Source: Actinomycetes bacterium (GTDB lineage: Bacteria > Actinomycetota > Actinomycetes > Nanopelagicales > Nanopelagicaceae). From it: a stretch of 64,000 nucleotides of DNA. Position 1 is the stretch's first letter. Every line of letters starts with the position of its first letter. The notes under the pieces are model-generated. The model saw only the letters and a list, made by a program, of their open reading frames with translations, was not told where the DNA came from and made no database searches. The position numbers and the translations under genes are program-made. This document shows, in pieces, positions 49,887-60,049 of this stretch. The DNA lies in the NCBI GenBank assembly GCA_037133095.1, contig JBAXOT010000008.1, forward strand, positions 1,360 to 65,359, written 5' to 3'.

Positions 49887-52751
49887 TTAATTGATAGCTA
49901 GCTCTTCGATGGGCAGGCAAGCGCAAACAAGATTGCGATCGCCGAAGACGCCATCGACCCGTCCCACGGTCGGCCAATACTTTCCTTGGTGACCAATGGT
50001 GACGTCATCCCCCATGGGAAATGCGCCCTCGAATCGGCTGTAGCCTCTTACCCACTCTGAACGCACCAAATCGGCGCTCGTGTGTGGCGCGAAGTGCAAA
50101 GCAGAAGCATCCAGTGCAACATCACCTCGTTCGATGGCGGCTATCTCGCCTCGGATGGCGACCATCGCATCGATAAAGCGATCGAGTTCACGAATATCTT
50201 CCGATTCAGTCGGCTCGATCATCATCGTCCCAGAGACTGGGAAGCTCATGGTCGGGGCGTGAAAACCGTAATCCATCAGGCGTTTGGCGACATCGTCGAC
50301 CGAAACGCCGGATGTTTTGGTCAATTCGCGTAGATCAATAATGCATTCATGAGCGATATAGCCATTTTCGCCCTTGTACAAGACAGGGAAATGCGCATCC
50401 AATCGCTTGGCAATGTAGTTGGCAGACAAAATGGCCACTTCGGTAGCCCGCTTGAGCCCAGCACCACCCATCATGCGGATGTACGTCCAGGAAATCGGCA
50501 GAATGCTCGCCGAGCCAAAGGGCGCCGAACTTACTGGACCAGGACCGGTGGCAGGTCCAGCGGTCATATCAAGCGGATGGTTAGGCAAATAGGGGGCGAG
50601 GTGGGCACGCGAAATAACTGGACCGACACCAGGTCCGCCACCACCGTGCGGAATACAAAATGTCTTGTGAAGATTGAGATGCGAGACATCGGCACCAAAT
50701 TTGCCCGGTTGAGCCAGTCCGACCAGAGCGTTGAGGTTTGCACCATCAACGTAAACCTGTCCCCCAGCATCATGAACCAAGCCACAGATTTCGGAAATTG
50801 CAGCTTCGAAAACCCCATGCGTTGATGGATAGGTAACCATTAACGCGGCAATGGTGCCGGAATATTGCGCTATCTTCTCTTTGAGATCTGAAACGCTGAC
50901 ATTGCCCTCTTGATCGCAGGCGACCACAACCACTTTCATGCCCGCCATCACCGCACTTGCGGCATTTGTGCCATGCGCACTGGAAGGAATCAGACAAATA
51001 TTTCGCGAACTCTCGCCTTGGTTATCTAGATAATTCCGAATTGCCAGTAAACCCGCGAACTCACCCTGCGAACCCGCATTAGGTTGTAAGGAGACGGCGT
51101 CGTAACCAGTTATTGCAATCAACCACGTGGAAAGTTCATCAATAACTTCTCTCATCCCAATGCTTTGATCAATGGGAGCGAAAGGATGAAGTGAGGAAAA
51201 CTCTGGCCAGGTGACAGGAATCATCTCAGTAGTTGCATTAAGTTTCATGGTGCATGAACCCAATGGAATCATCGAGCGATCCAGGGCTAAATCTCTGTCC
51301 GCCAGCGCACGCAAATATCGCATCATCGAAGTTTCAGAATGGAAGGAGTTGAAAAGCGGATGGGCAAGAAAGGAAGTTGTGCGCTTCTGTAGTGCAGAAT
51401 AATGCGAGGAGCGGTCAACTTTCGCGACGACATCAAAAACTGCCAGTAGACGAGTGAAAGTTTCATCAGTCACGGTTTCATCAAATGAGATCCCTACCTG
51501 ATTCGAATTCACCACTCGCAAGTTGAAACCGAGGCGCAAAGCGCGTCTTACGACATCGTTCGCGTCTGCCACGTTGACAAGAACCGTGTCAAAGATTTCT
51601 CCAGCAAGAAGTGTCTGTCCATTCTGCATTAGTGTTTCGCGAAAAGAGAGGGCGTATCCATGTACGCGCGTCGCGATTGCTTGCAAACCTTGAGGACCGT
51701 GCCACATAGCATAAAACGCCGAAATTACGGCTAACAAAACTTGGGCAGTACAGATATTCGATGTCGCTTTATCTCGACGAATATGCTGTTCCCGAGTTTG
51801 CAATGCCAATCGAAACGCAGGATTTCCATGGCTATCGACGCTCTGGCCAATCAATCGACCCGGGATAGATCGTTCTAAGCCGCTTCGAACTGACATAAAC
51901 CCGGCATGAGGTCCACCGAATCCCATCGGGACGCCAAAACGCTGTGCGGAACCAACGGCAACATCAGCGCCCCACTCCCCTGGTGACTTCACCAATGTAA
52001 GGGCGAGCAAATCTGTCGCCATCACAGCTTGCGCGTTTACTGAATGCAACCACTCGATGGCGGAGGATGGATCGGCAACTAAACCGTTACTGCCAAACTG
52101 CGCAATAACTCCTCCGAAAACTTCGCGGCCCAAGGCAGAAAGAGCCTCAGCGGTCATTTCGGTGGCGACAACTTTGATCCCGAGTGGCTTTGCCCGAGTT
52201 TCAATAACGGCACTGATATGTGGATGGAGTTGAATATCGATGGCAAAGACCGCATCATCGGAACCGCTCCATACTCGCCTGGCCAAAGTCATGGCTTCGG
52301 CTGCAGCTGTTGCTTCATCAAGCATGGAAGCATTCGCGATGGCCAAGCCAGTTAGATCAGAGACTGCGGTTTGAAACGCAAAAATTGCCTCTAATCGGCC
52401 TTGGCTAATCTCCGGTTGATATGGGGTGTAAGCCGTATACCAAGCCGGATTCTCCAAAACATTTCGCAAGATCACCGGTGGCGTAATCGTGCCGTAGTAC
52501 CCAACGCCGATAAGTGAATGCAGAACTTGGTTCTTCGCTGCCTTGGCACGAAGTTCAGCAATTGCAGCCACTTCCGAAGCTGCAGGAGGCAGCATAGATT
52601 CCAAGGAGTGCATGATTGCAATATTTTCCGGCACAACTCTGGCGATAAAAGAATCAAGATCGCTTTCGCCCAACTCGCGAAGCATCGTCTGAATTTGGTC
52701 CGCATCCGGACCAATATGACGGTCTTCAAAACGCGCGCGAATAGAACTCAT
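49887..52751 (-). CDS. gcvP: glycine dehydrogenase (decarboxylating), single-chain P-protein
   Basis: 954 aa, full-length GcvP with the PLP-lysine region ([19 protein letters not shown]). Confidence 0.97.
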   Translation of the reverse strand: MSSIRARFEDRHIGPDADQIQTMLRELGESDLDSFIARVVPENIAIMHSLESMLPPAASEVAAIAELRAKAAKNQVLHSLIGVGYYGTITPPVILRNVLENPAWYTAYTPYQPEISQGRLEAIFAFQTAVSDLTGLAIANASMLDEATAAAEAMTLARRVWSGSDDAVFAIDIQLHPHISAVIETRAKPLGIKVVATEMTAEALSALGREVFGGVIAQFGSNGLVADPSSAIEWLHSVNAQAVMATDLLALTLVKSPGEWGADVAVGSAQRFGVPMGFGGPHAGFMSVRSGLERSIPGRLIGQSVDSHGNPAFRLALQTREQHIRRDKATSNICTAQVLLAVISAFYAMWHGPQGLQAIATRVHGYALSFRETLMQNGQTLLAGEIFDTVLVNVADANDVVRRALRLGFNLRVVNSNQVGISFDETVTDETFTRLLAVFDVVAKVDRSSHYSALQKRTTSFLAHPLFNSFHSETSMMRYLRALADRDLALDRSMIPLGSCTMKLNATTEMIPVTWPEFSSLHPFAPIDQSIGMREVIDELSTWLIAITGYDAVSLQPNAGSQGEFAGLLAIRNYLDNQGESSRNICLIPSSAHGTNAASAVMAGMKVVVVACDQEGNVSVSDLKEKIAQYSGTIAALMVTYPSTHGVFEAAISEICGLVHDAGGQVYVDGANLNALVGLAQPGKFGADVSHLNLHKTFCIPHGGGGPGVGPVISRAHLAPYLPNHPLDMTAGPATGPGPVSSAPFGSASILPISWTYIRMMGGAGLKRATEVAILSANYIAKRLDAHFPVLYKGENGYIAHECIIDLRELTKTSGVSVDDVAKRLMDYGFHAPTMSFPVSGTMMIEPTESEDIRELDRFIDAMVAIRGEIAAIERGDVALDASALHFAPHTSADLVRSEWVRGYSRFEGAFPMGDDVTIGHQGKYWPTVGRVDGVFGDRNLVCACLPIEELAIN

Positions 52752-52799
52752 TTTTCTCCCTTAGCCACTTATCAACTCAGTGCCTAAGGATAAGGAAAT

Positions 52800-53300
52800 T
52801 TAGGCTCCCTTGCGCTTTCTGCGCTCGGCTAACTCGTCGTTACTTACGACACTTCTTGGCTGAGTGCCATCGGAAGTGGTTTCGGCTTGGAGATGGGCTA
52901 GTGAACCTTCCACCTCGCTCCAGACTCGACCAATCGCAATTCCAAAAACTCCCTGGCCGCCTTGCAACAAATCAATAATGTCATCGGCACTGGTGCATTC
53001 GTAAATGGAGGCACCATCACTCATGAGAGTCATCCGTTCCAGATCCGAAATACCACGATCTCGCAAGTGTTCGACTGCCGCACGAATATTTTGCAGCGAC
53101 ACGCCTGTATCTAAAAGACGCTTAACTATCTTTAAAACCAAAATGTCGCGGAAGCCATACAGGCGTTGCGATCCCGAGCCAGCGGCCGGTTGAATACTTG
53201 GCTCAACGAGTCCAGTCCGGGCCCAATAATCCAACTGCCGATAGGTAATTCCAGCAGCAACGCATGCGGTAGCGCCGCGGTAACCAAAATCTTCGGTCAT
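52800..53300 (-). CDS. MerR-family transcriptional regulator (Rv1830-type)
   Basis: 166 aa with HTH GITYRQLDYWARTGLVEPS. Conserved position between gcvP and the DUF151 gene. Confidence 0.85.
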   Translation of the reverse strand: MTEDFGYRGATACVAAGITYRQLDYWARTGLVEPSIQPAAGSGSQRLYGFRDILVLKIVKRLLDTGVSLQNIRAAVEHLRDRGISDLERMTLMSDGASIYECTSADDIIDLLQGGQGVFGIAIGRVWSEVEGSLAHLQAETTSDGTQPRSVVSNDELAERRKRKGA

Positions 53301-53468
53301 TTAATACTCACTTCTGTGGGGGAAGAATTGCCAACTTGGAATTTTTGCCAGGCGCATCTTCGCCCGCCTATTCTCCATCGTTTTCAATTACCTGAACAGT
53401 AGATTTGGCCACGAGGAAAGACAATGACCGACACGCGAAACTCTCAAGGTAAACTTCAGGGTTAGGAA

Positions 53469-53975
53469 TTAACCCGCAAAATCGTCGGGGTTAATCTGAT
53501 CTAGAAATTCGCGAAATTTCTCTACTTCATCATCGGACTGGTCGGGAATTTCAATTCCCACCTCACCTAAAAGTTCCTCGCTGGCGAGAATCGGAGCGCC
53601 AGCCCGTAACGCAAGCGCCAGGGCATCACTGGGTCGAGCCGAGAGCGACTGACCCCCCACAAATTGCAATTCGGCATAAAAAATGCCATCCCTGACCTCA
53701 GTGATCAGGACCTGCTTTAACTCAGAGCCCAAAGTTTCAATAGTTTGCGCGAGCAAATCATGGGTCAAAGGGCGTGGTGGCGTCAGGCTCTGCTGGGCAA
53801 AAGCAATCGCGGTCGCTTCGACTGCCCCAATCCAGATTGGCAGATAACGAACGCCGTCTGCCTCCTTCAGCAGCACGATAGGTTGATTCGAGGGCATTTC
53901 AACGCGAACGCCAATCACTTCTACGCTCTTATATTCTCCATTTAGGAATCGACCTGCATCGTTCTTATCTGGCAT
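53469..53975 (-). CDS. bifunctional nuclease family protein (DUF151, Rv1829-type)
   Basis: 168 aa with PIVLLKEADGVRYLPIWIG and LTHDLL motifs. Confidence 0.82.
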   Translation of the reverse strand: MPDKNDAGRFLNGEYKSVEVIGVRVEMPSNQPIVLLKEADGVRYLPIWIGAVEATAIAFAQQSLTPPRPLTHDLLAQTIETLGSELKQVLITEVRDGIFYAELQFVGGQSLSARPSDALALALRAGAPILASEELLGEVGIEIPDQSDDEVEKFREFLDQINPDDFAG

Positions 53976-53982
53976 GAGGTAA

Positions 53983-54696
53983 TTATCTAAGTCTTTCGAG
54001 ACCGGCGCGAACCAGAGCGGAGTGCAGGCGAACTGACAGCGAGGCTAACTCGCGTTGAACTTCTTGAGCTCGTGCTTGAGCATCCGAACTCTTTTGTCGG
54101 AGCAGCGGTGTGATCACTTGCTCGACTAGGCCGACTTCTCGATCAGCAGCGCTCTTGAACGAGCGCATATGGCGAGCTTCGATTCCAAAGGCCGCAATTT
54201 CGGCGACCGCACGGGAAACTGCCAAGGCATTGGCGTCGTAATGTCGACCATGAAGTTCGATGAGTCCGTACGACTCCAACTCCCCCAATTGGCTCTCGGC
54301 TAAGCCCGAGGCTTGAAGCAATTCATCCCGAGAAAGACGAAGATCATTCTCCTCACCAAAATTTGCGGGTGCGAATTCCCCGTCAACGGTCGCCAATCGA
54401 GGCGTGGCCATCGAACCAGGAGTTGCCGCAGGTTGCAGCCCGCGATCAAGAGCATCCAAATTGTCTTTAATCACTCGCAATGGCAAGTATTGGTCTCGCT
54501 GAGCTTGCAGTACATATCGCAACCGCTCTAAATCAACATGGGTAAATTTCCGATAGCCCGAGGGTGTCCGTTGCGGCTCTATCAACCCTTCGGATTCTAA
54601 GAATCGGATCTTCGAGATCGTTATATCGGGGAAATCGCCCCGAAGTTTGCTGAGAACTTCACCGATACTGAGATAGGCACGAGCTGGGACGCTCAT
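53983..54696 (-). CDS. ftsR: MerR-family regulator, FtsR/Rv1828-type
   Basis: 237 aa with N-terminal HTH (LSIGEVLSKLRGDFPDITISKIRFLESEGLI). Adjacent to garA as in Corynebacterium and Mycobacterium. Confidence 0.8.
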   Translation of the reverse strand: MSVPARAYLSIGEVLSKLRGDFPDITISKIRFLESEGLIEPQRTPSGYRKFTHVDLERLRYVLQAQRDQYLPLRVIKDNLDALDRGLQPAATPGSMATPRLATVDGEFAPANFGEENDLRLSRDELLQASGLAESQLGELESYGLIELHGRHYDANALAVSRAVAEIAAFGIEARHMRSFKSAADREVGLVEQVITPLLRQKSSDAQARAQEVQRELASLSVRLHSALVRAGLERLR

Positions 54697-55190
54697 TGCA
54701 ATCCCCCTTTCACAAAGAAGGTCAATTTAAATTTTCCGATTTGAATAAGATCTCCTTGAGAGAGAGTGGAACCTTGCGAGGCTTCGCCATTGACATAGGT
54801 ACCATTCAAACTTCCCAAATCCTTCAGAACGTACATCGAGCCAATCGCATGTTCGATCTGGGCATGTTTGCGCGAGACCGTAATATCGTCCAACAAAATG
54901 TCGCTGCTGCTGTCCCGCCCAATTAAAGTGCTCTGCACATTCAATAAAAAACGGGCGCCCCTATCTGGTCCAGAAAGTGCAATCAACATTGCGCTACCCT
55001 CCGGCAACGCGGAAAGAACTTCTCGCTCTTGTGTGGATAGGTGTTCGGACCCACCAACTACATCATCCGTGTGCGAATCTTGTGATTGGGTACCTAGATG
55101 AATGGTCGAGGTGAGTTCGCCAGATGTGTGGTCATTCGAGGCGGCTGGCACTTTTCCCTCGCTCTCTTCTTTAGGACACCTTAGGTTCAA
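54693..55190 (-). CDS. garA: FHA-domain protein GarA/OdhI-type
   Basis: 165 aa with a C-terminal FHA domain (LIGRDSSSDILLDDITVSRKHAQI...GSLNGTYVNG) and a Thr-containing N-terminal tail (ELTST). The exact start is uncertain. Confidence 0.85.
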   Translation of the reverse strand: MNLRCPKEESEGKVPAASNDHTSGELTSTIHLGTQSQDSHTDDVVGGSEHLSTQEREVLSALPEGSAMLIALSGPDRGARFLLNVQSTLIGRDSSSDILLDDITVSRKHAQIEHAIGSMYVLKDLGSLNGTYVNGEASQGSTLSQGDLIQIGKFKLTFFVKGGLQ

Positions 55191-55260
55191 CTAGAGGATG
55201 ACACTAGGCGAGAGCAGAGCTCAAGGTCAAGCAGAATTTCTGAGGCAACGTTTTTTGCAA

Positions 55261-55641
55261 TTACGAGATGAGCGACTCATAATCTGCAGCGCTTAAGAGG
55301 TCAGTCGCATCTGAATCCAACTCGATTTCAGCAATCCAACCGGCGCCATATGGGTCAGTGTTCATCACTTCAGGTGCGCTGTCCAAATCAGAATTGATCG
55401 CTACAACTGTTCCCGTCACCGGTGCAAAAATTTCGGAAACGCTCTTTGTTGACTCTACTTCACCACATACGCCCCCTGCGGTGACTTTTTGACCGACCTT
55501 CGGCAATTGAATGTACACAATGTCGCCTAGAGCACTTTGAGCAAAATCGGTGATGCCAATTCGTACCACTTGAGAGCCCTCAGCGGAGCGAATCCACTCG
55601 TGCTCTTTGGTAAATTTCAGTTCGACTGGAACGGCTGACAT
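55261..55641 (-). CDS. gcvH: glycine cleavage system H protein
   Basis: 126 aa with the lipoyl-lysine motif EVESTKSVSEI. Confidence 0.96.
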   Translation of the reverse strand: MSAVPVELKFTKEHEWIRSAEGSQVVRIGITDFAQSALGDIVYIQLPKVGQKVTAGGVCGEVESTKSVSEIFAPVTGTVVAINSDLDSAPEVMNTDPYGAGWIAEIELDSDATDLLSAADYESLIS

Positions 55642-55681
55642 TGGCTATCTCCCTATTAAGTAGTGCTGGAACGCCGCAATA

Positions 55682-56257
55682 TTAGCGACTTTGCCGATAA
55701 TGCGAAGAGCTGGGCGTCAATCCTAAATATGAGTAGTGAATCCCAGTTAACAGATAGAGCGCCATGCCCCAAATAGCAAAACTCCAGCCGAGAACTAATG
55801 CGACTCGACCAAGACCATGAGGAGAATTGACTAACAACAGCGGAAAGGCGTAAAGCAAATTAAAGGTGGCAGCCTTGCCGAGGAAAGTAACGGAAAATAC
55901 TTTGCCACCCCTACGTCGCACCACAATTAAAACTAGAGCCAGCCACACATCTCGCGCAATGAGAACTATTACTAACCACCAAGGAATCACGTGACGGAGC
56001 GCGAGCGAAACAATCGTCGCTGCAATATAGGCCCGATCAATTGCCGGATCCATAATCGCACCCAATTTTGACTCTTGGTTTAAAGCTCTGGCGACCTTCC
56101 CATCAAGGTAATCAGTCAAGGCACCAATCGCCAAAATGACAAAACTCAGAACAGGACGATGATCAACTAAGTAGACCCAGAGAAATAGTGGAATCCCAAA
56201 GGCTCGGAGCAGCGTCAAGCCGTTTGGGACAGTGAGAATGCGGTCTTGCGAACTCAT
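55682..56257 (-). CDS. pgsA: CDP-alcohol phosphatidyltransferase (PgsA-type)
   Basis: Track ORF is 55682..56299, which runs into tRNA-Pro. The ATG at 56257 is preferred. Motif DYLDGKVAR...G...DPAIDR. Confidence 0.85.
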   Translation of the reverse strand: MSSQDRILTVPNGLTLLRAFGIPLFLWVYLVDHRPVLSFVILAIGALTDYLDGKVARALNQESKLGAIMDPAIDRAYIAATIVSLALRHVIPWWLVIVLIARDVWLALVLIVVRRRGGKVFSVTFLGKAATFNLLYAFPLLLVNSPHGLGRVALVLGWSFAIWGMALYLLTGIHYSYLGLTPSSSHYRQSR

Positions 56258-56269
56258 CCATTCCTCCAG

Positions 56270-56343
56270 TCGGGACGACAGGATTTGAACCTGCGACACC
56301 CAGACCCCCAGCCTGGTGCGCTACCAAGCTGCGCTACGTCCCG
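56270..56343 (-). tRNA. tRNA-Pro (anticodon GGG), CCA not encoded
   Basis: Reverse complement is CGGGACGTAGCGCAGCTTGGTAGCGCACCAGGCTGGGGGTCTGGGTGTCGCAGGTTCAAATCCTGTCGTCCCGA. Cloverleaf with anticodon loop CTGGGGG. Confidence 0.9.
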
Positions 56344-56364
56344 GCGATTAAAGCGAGGCAGATA

Positions 56365-58329
56365 CTACTCCCGCTCTTTTACTTTTATTGCTACTTCAAC
56401 CGGGGAACCGCCAAAACCAAACTCTTCTCGAATTCGACGCTCGATGAATCTGCGATAGGAAGGCTCGACCCACTCACTCGAAAAAACAACGAACTTAGGT
56501 GGGCAGATTGCAGCCTGTGTTGCGAAGCGAATCTTAGGTTGCTTCCCACTTCTTACCGGCGGTGGCGTAGCCGCTATGAGGGCGCCAAGGAAGGAGTTCA
56601 ACTTTGCAGTTGGAATTCGTTTCTCCCAGCTCGCAAGAGCTGTGCGCAGAGCCGGGGCAAGACGATCTCGATGCCAGCCAGTCTTCGCGGAAACATTGAC
56701 ACGCTGTACCCACGGATAACGCTCCAACTGACGATCCAATTCGCGTTCTAATTGGATCTGTCTGTCCTCGTCCATAAGATCCCATTTATTCATAACCAGA
56801 ACAATGGCGCGACCAGCCTCTTCAGCCATAGTGACGATACGAATATCTTGCTCAGTCAATGGAATAGACGCATCAAAAACCACGACCGCAACCTCTGCCC
56901 GATCCAAAGCAGTGGCGGTACGTAGTGATGCGTAGTAATCAGTTCCACTATCTTGGTGAGCTCGCCTTCGGATTCCTGCAGTGTCGATGAATCGCCAAGT
57001 GGTATCGCCAATTTCAATGAGTTCATCAACTGGATCCCGAGTCGTTCCTGCTTGTTCGTCCACGATGACTCTGGATGCTCCAGCCAGCGCATTGAGTAAA
57101 GAGGACTTACCAACATTTGGTCGGCCGACCAAGGCGATCTTGCGATAGCCATCGTCTAACGGCGACTTTCCAACCTCCGGCAGCGATTTAATAATAAGGT
57201 CCATTAAATCGCCAGCACCTCGACCGTGAAGCGCCGAGACGAAGCGCGGTTCTCCCAACCCAAGATTCCATAAACCGTGCGCATCGGCCTCTTCACGTTG
57301 GCCATCAACTTTATTGGCAGCCAAAATGATCTTTTTCTTGGATTTTCGCAACAAGTCAACTAATGATTGATCTTCATCCAGCGCACCAACCTGGGCATCG
57401 ACTACGAAAAGAACGATGTCGGACTCAAGGATTGCCAATTCCGAGCCCGCGGTTATCTTTTCCGAAATTCCTTCGGGATTAACTTCCCATCCCCCTGTGT
57501 CGACGAGTACAAAACGTCGTCCATTCCACTCCGCCTCGTACTTCACCCGATCACGAGTAACTCCGGGAGTGTCTTCCACGATTGCTTCGCGACGCCCGAT
57601 TATTCGATTAACGAGCGTTGATTTGCCTACATTGGGGCGCCCGATAACCGCAACGATAGGCAAGCCAATCAAATTCTTCTGCTTGAGCCAGCCCCAAATG
57701 AGATCCACAACTTCGTCAAGGTCCAACTGTGTGGAATCGAGTTCCAGTGCATCCTCAGCGGGTCGCAGCGGTGAAATGCGACGGGTGGAGTCAATCGTGT
57801 CGCGGGACTGCAGGGATTCGGCAACCTTCTCCGTCGCCCCAATATCGGACAACTCCCGCTCCCGACGAAGTGCTCGCTCCTGGAGATCTGCATATAGAAA
57901 TATCTTCAGTTGAGCGTCAGGAGCTACGACCGTGCCGATGTCTCGACCTTCAACCACGATTCCAGCGGTTGATTCATCAATAATATTTCGTTGAATCTCC
58001 ACGAGAAATTCTCGTACTTCGGCCATTTGGCTGATCGCGCTGACGTTATCGGTCACGCGAGCCGAACGGATTTCCGACGAAATATCTCGATCACCACTAA
58101 AGGTCTTGGGGTTTTCCGGGTTTGTCGTAAAAGAGATGCCATGAAATTTGGCGGCTGCCACGATCTCACTCGCTTCGGTCCGACCCTCTTCAAGCGCGAG
58201 CCAGGTAATAGCCCGATAGAGGGCACCCGTATCTAGGTACTTCCAATGAGCCCGAAGGGCGATTGATCGCGCTGTGGAAGATTTGCCGGAACCGCTTGGC
58301 CCATCTATTGCTATAACGACGTTGGCCAT
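56365..58329 (-). CDS. der: bifunctional cytidylate kinase / ribosome-assembly GTPase Der (EngA)
   Basis: 654 aa. Residues 1-~216 are Cmk ([11 protein letters not shown]). Residues ~222-654 are Der, with two GTPase domains (GRPNVGKST twice) and a KH-like C-terminus. Confidence 0.92.
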   Translation of the reverse strand: MANVVIAIDGPSGSGKSSTARSIALRAHWKYLDTGALYRAITWLALEEGRTEASEIVAAAKFHGISFTTNPENPKTFSGDRDISSEIRSARVTDNVSAISQMAEVREFLVEIQRNIIDESTAGIVVEGRDIGTVVAPDAQLKIFLYADLQERALRRERELSDIGATEKVAESLQSRDTIDSTRRISPLRPAEDALELDSTQLDLDEVVDLIWGWLKQKNLIGLPIVAVIGRPNVGKSTLVNRIIGRREAIVEDTPGVTRDRVKYEAEWNGRRFVLVDTGGWEVNPEGISEKITAGSELAILESDIVLFVVDAQVGALDEDQSLVDLLRKSKKKIILAANKVDGQREEADAHGLWNLGLGEPRFVSALHGRGAGDLMDLIIKSLPEVGKSPLDDGYRKIALVGRPNVGKSSLLNALAGASRVIVDEQAGTTRDPVDELIEIGDTTWRFIDTAGIRRRAHQDSGTDYYASLRTATALDRAEVAVVVFDASIPLTEQDIRIVTMAEEAGRAIVLVMNKWDLMDEDRQIQLERELDRQLERYPWVQRVNVSAKTGWHRDRLAPALRTALASWEKRIPTAKLNSFLGALIAATPPPVRSGKQPKIRFATQAAICPPKFVVFSSEWVEPSYRRFIERRIREEFGFGGSPVEVAIKVKERE

Positions 58330-58371
58330 GGGGCAACCTTAACCGAGTTCACCCAGCGACGTTTCTCGACC

Positions 58372-59436
58372 CTACTTCCGGATTGTTTGCACCAGCCATT
58401 TTTGCAGCGTGAGATGGCGAAAGAGCCGTTCCGCATCGTCGGGCGAAAGTGCCAGAGTTATGAGACCAGTCTCCTGCCCTGGACTGTGCTCAATCTGAAG
58501 GTCTTCCACGTTAACCTCGGCTGCGGCACACTCGGTGAAAAGCGAGGCTAGGCGACCTGGTTGATCGTCGATAACCACAGGCAGATACGAGTAGTTTCGA
58601 CTCTTGGCTCCATGCTTACCCGGCAAGCGAGACTTCCCAGCGCCGCCACGCTCAAAAAGTTCCTTTATCGATATATCGTTTAAACCTTTTAGCGATTCAA
58701 TTAAATTGGCCAAATCGCGCTGCACATTGAGCAGGTATGGAATCAGCGGATCTCGATTCGCCATCAACAGGGCGCTCCAAAGCGCGGGCGAGGAGTGCGC
58801 TAGCCGCGTGGTATCCCTAATCCCCTGTCCAGCGATATCCAGCTCGTTGGGACCTGCATCTACCAACTGCGCGGCCAAGAGCGAACTCATCACTTGGGGC
58901 AGGTGAGAGACCAGAGCAATCGCCCGATCATGTTCGATTGCTGAAAGTTCATAGGCGCTCGCGCCAAGAAGTTCGACCACTTCCCTGGCGGCGGCAACAA
59001 CTCCTGGGCTAGAGAACAAATTGGGGGTAATTACCCAGGCTCGACCTTCGAAAAGGTCTGATTGAGCGCTCTCCGGACCAGAAAACTCCCGCCCAGCCAT
59101 AGGGTGGGTGGCGCAGAACCGACGTGCTATCTCTGGAAATTCCTCAACCTGTTCTACAACTTCAGTCTTCACACCACCTATATCTATAAACCAAGATTCA
59201 GGGTTAAGCAAAAATTCCTCTCGTAGGGTGGAAGAAACTGCGGCAATCGGGGTTGCAATGATGACCAATTCCGGAGAAAAGGCTTGACCGATACTGCCTA
59301 CGAGGGATTGCGCGAGCTCTGCATTTGCCGATGAGGTATCAATCATCTGAACTTCGCACCCATGTGCTCGCAGAGCAAGGGCAATTGACGTCCCAATGAG
59401 CCCGGATCCGACTACTTTTACCCGTGAAAATGGCAC
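58372..59436 (-). CDS. tyrA: prephenate dehydrogenase with C-terminal ACT domain
   Basis: 354 aa with Rossmann motif VVGSGLIGTS, the HPMAG motif and a C-terminal ACT-like region. Confidence 0.9.
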   Translation of the reverse strand: MPFSRVKVVGSGLIGTSIALALRAHGCEVQMIDTSSANAELAQSLVGSIGQAFSPELVIIATPIAAVSSTLREEFLLNPESWFIDIGGVKTEVVEQVEEFPEIARRFCATHPMAGREFSGPESAQSDLFEGRAWVITPNLFSSPGVVAAAREVVELLGASAYELSAIEHDRAIALVSHLPQVMSSLLAAQLVDAGPNELDIAGQGIRDTTRLAHSSPALWSALLMANRDPLIPYLLNVQRDLANLIESLKGLNDISIKELFERGGAGKSRLPGKHGAKSRNYSYLPVVIDDQPGRLASLFTECAAAEVNVEDLQIEHSPGQETGLITLALSPDDAERLFRHLTLQKWLVQTIRK

Positions 59437-59799
59437 TTATTGGGCCAAATCTTTACGTAAAACTTGAGCGCCACGACGATAAACGTGGACGATTTCGCTG
59501 TGGCTTCTCGGCGAATAGGCGTGAACCATGACTCGAATAACGCGAGGTAGTGACCCTGGCACCGGGATTTCCGTCGAGCACATCAGCGGAATCATCGACA
59601 GATCCAAGGCTCTTGCTGCGGCAGCCGGGAAATCTGAGACTAGATCGGTCGTGGAAGTAAAGTGAATCGAAATCAAATCGTTTCGACCAACCTGATTGCG
59701 CTCGAAAATTTCCGAAAGCAGTTCAGTGACGCACTCCTTCATCTCCGGAGCCGAATCCTCCATCAGTTGAGTAGCTCCGCGAATGGCTCTTACTTTCAT
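59437..59799 (-). CDS. aroH: chorismate mutase, AroH class
   Basis: Track ORF is 59437..59865. M23 (59799) gives the canonical MKVRAIRGATQ start and a 120-aa AroH-size protein. Confidence 0.88.
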   Translation of the reverse strand: MKVRAIRGATQLMEDSAPEMKECVTELLSEIFERNQVGRNDLISIHFTSTTDLVSDFPAAAARALDLSMIPLMCSTEIPVPGSLPRVIRVMVHAYSPRSHSEIVHVYRRGAQVLRKDLAQ

Positions 59800-59853
59800 A
59801 AGGCAACGATACCTTGAACTCATTCCCGGCGGCATAAGGCATAAAGTGTTTTG

Positions 59854-60022
59854 GCGACAAATCACCTCATCGCCTAACCTGAATTTACAAAAATCGACAA
59901 ATCACTATTGGTGCAATTTGCTACCGGATTATTATCGACAAAGCATTTTTAACAGTTTGAAACAAGCGCATGTAAGTCGATTTATCACCATTGTCGGTGC
60001 CGCAGAAATATCGACATATCTA
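59854..60022. repeat. iteron-like array: five direct copies of TCGACAAATCAC-like 12-mers at ~40-bp spacing in an AT-rich spacer
   Basis: GCGACAAATCAC 59854; TCGACAAATCAC 59894; TCGACAAAGCAT 59935; TCGATTTATCAC 59977; TCGACATATCTA 60011. Units 2 and 4 share an extended ATCAC-N-ATTG..GGTGC tail. Confidence 0.7.
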
Positions 60023-60049
60023 TTTGCCTTAGATGCTATTATCAATATA

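Noticed and set aside
52752-52799. Expected glycine riboswitch upstream of gcvP (also checked upstream of gcvH, 55642-55681).
   Set aside because: The spacers are only 48 and 40 nt, far too short for even a single glycine aptamer, and no conserved core was seen.
56258-56299. N-terminal 14 codons of the track ORF for pgsA.
   Set aside because: They overlap the tRNA-Pro gene (56270-56343) on the same strand. The internal ATG at 56257 gives a normal-length CDP-alcohol phosphatidyltransferase.
59991-60013. TTGTCGGTG followed about 9 nt later by TATCGA, resembling the PafBC-dependent RecA-NDp promoter (TGTCGGTG-N8-TAnnnT).
   Set aside because: The spacing and the -10-like hexamer do not fit (N8 gives ATATCG; N9 gives TATCGA, which lacks the final T). 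On this strand it would also fire into the 3' end of rluB on the antisense strand. It is more simply an inverted variant of the local CGACAA repeat.
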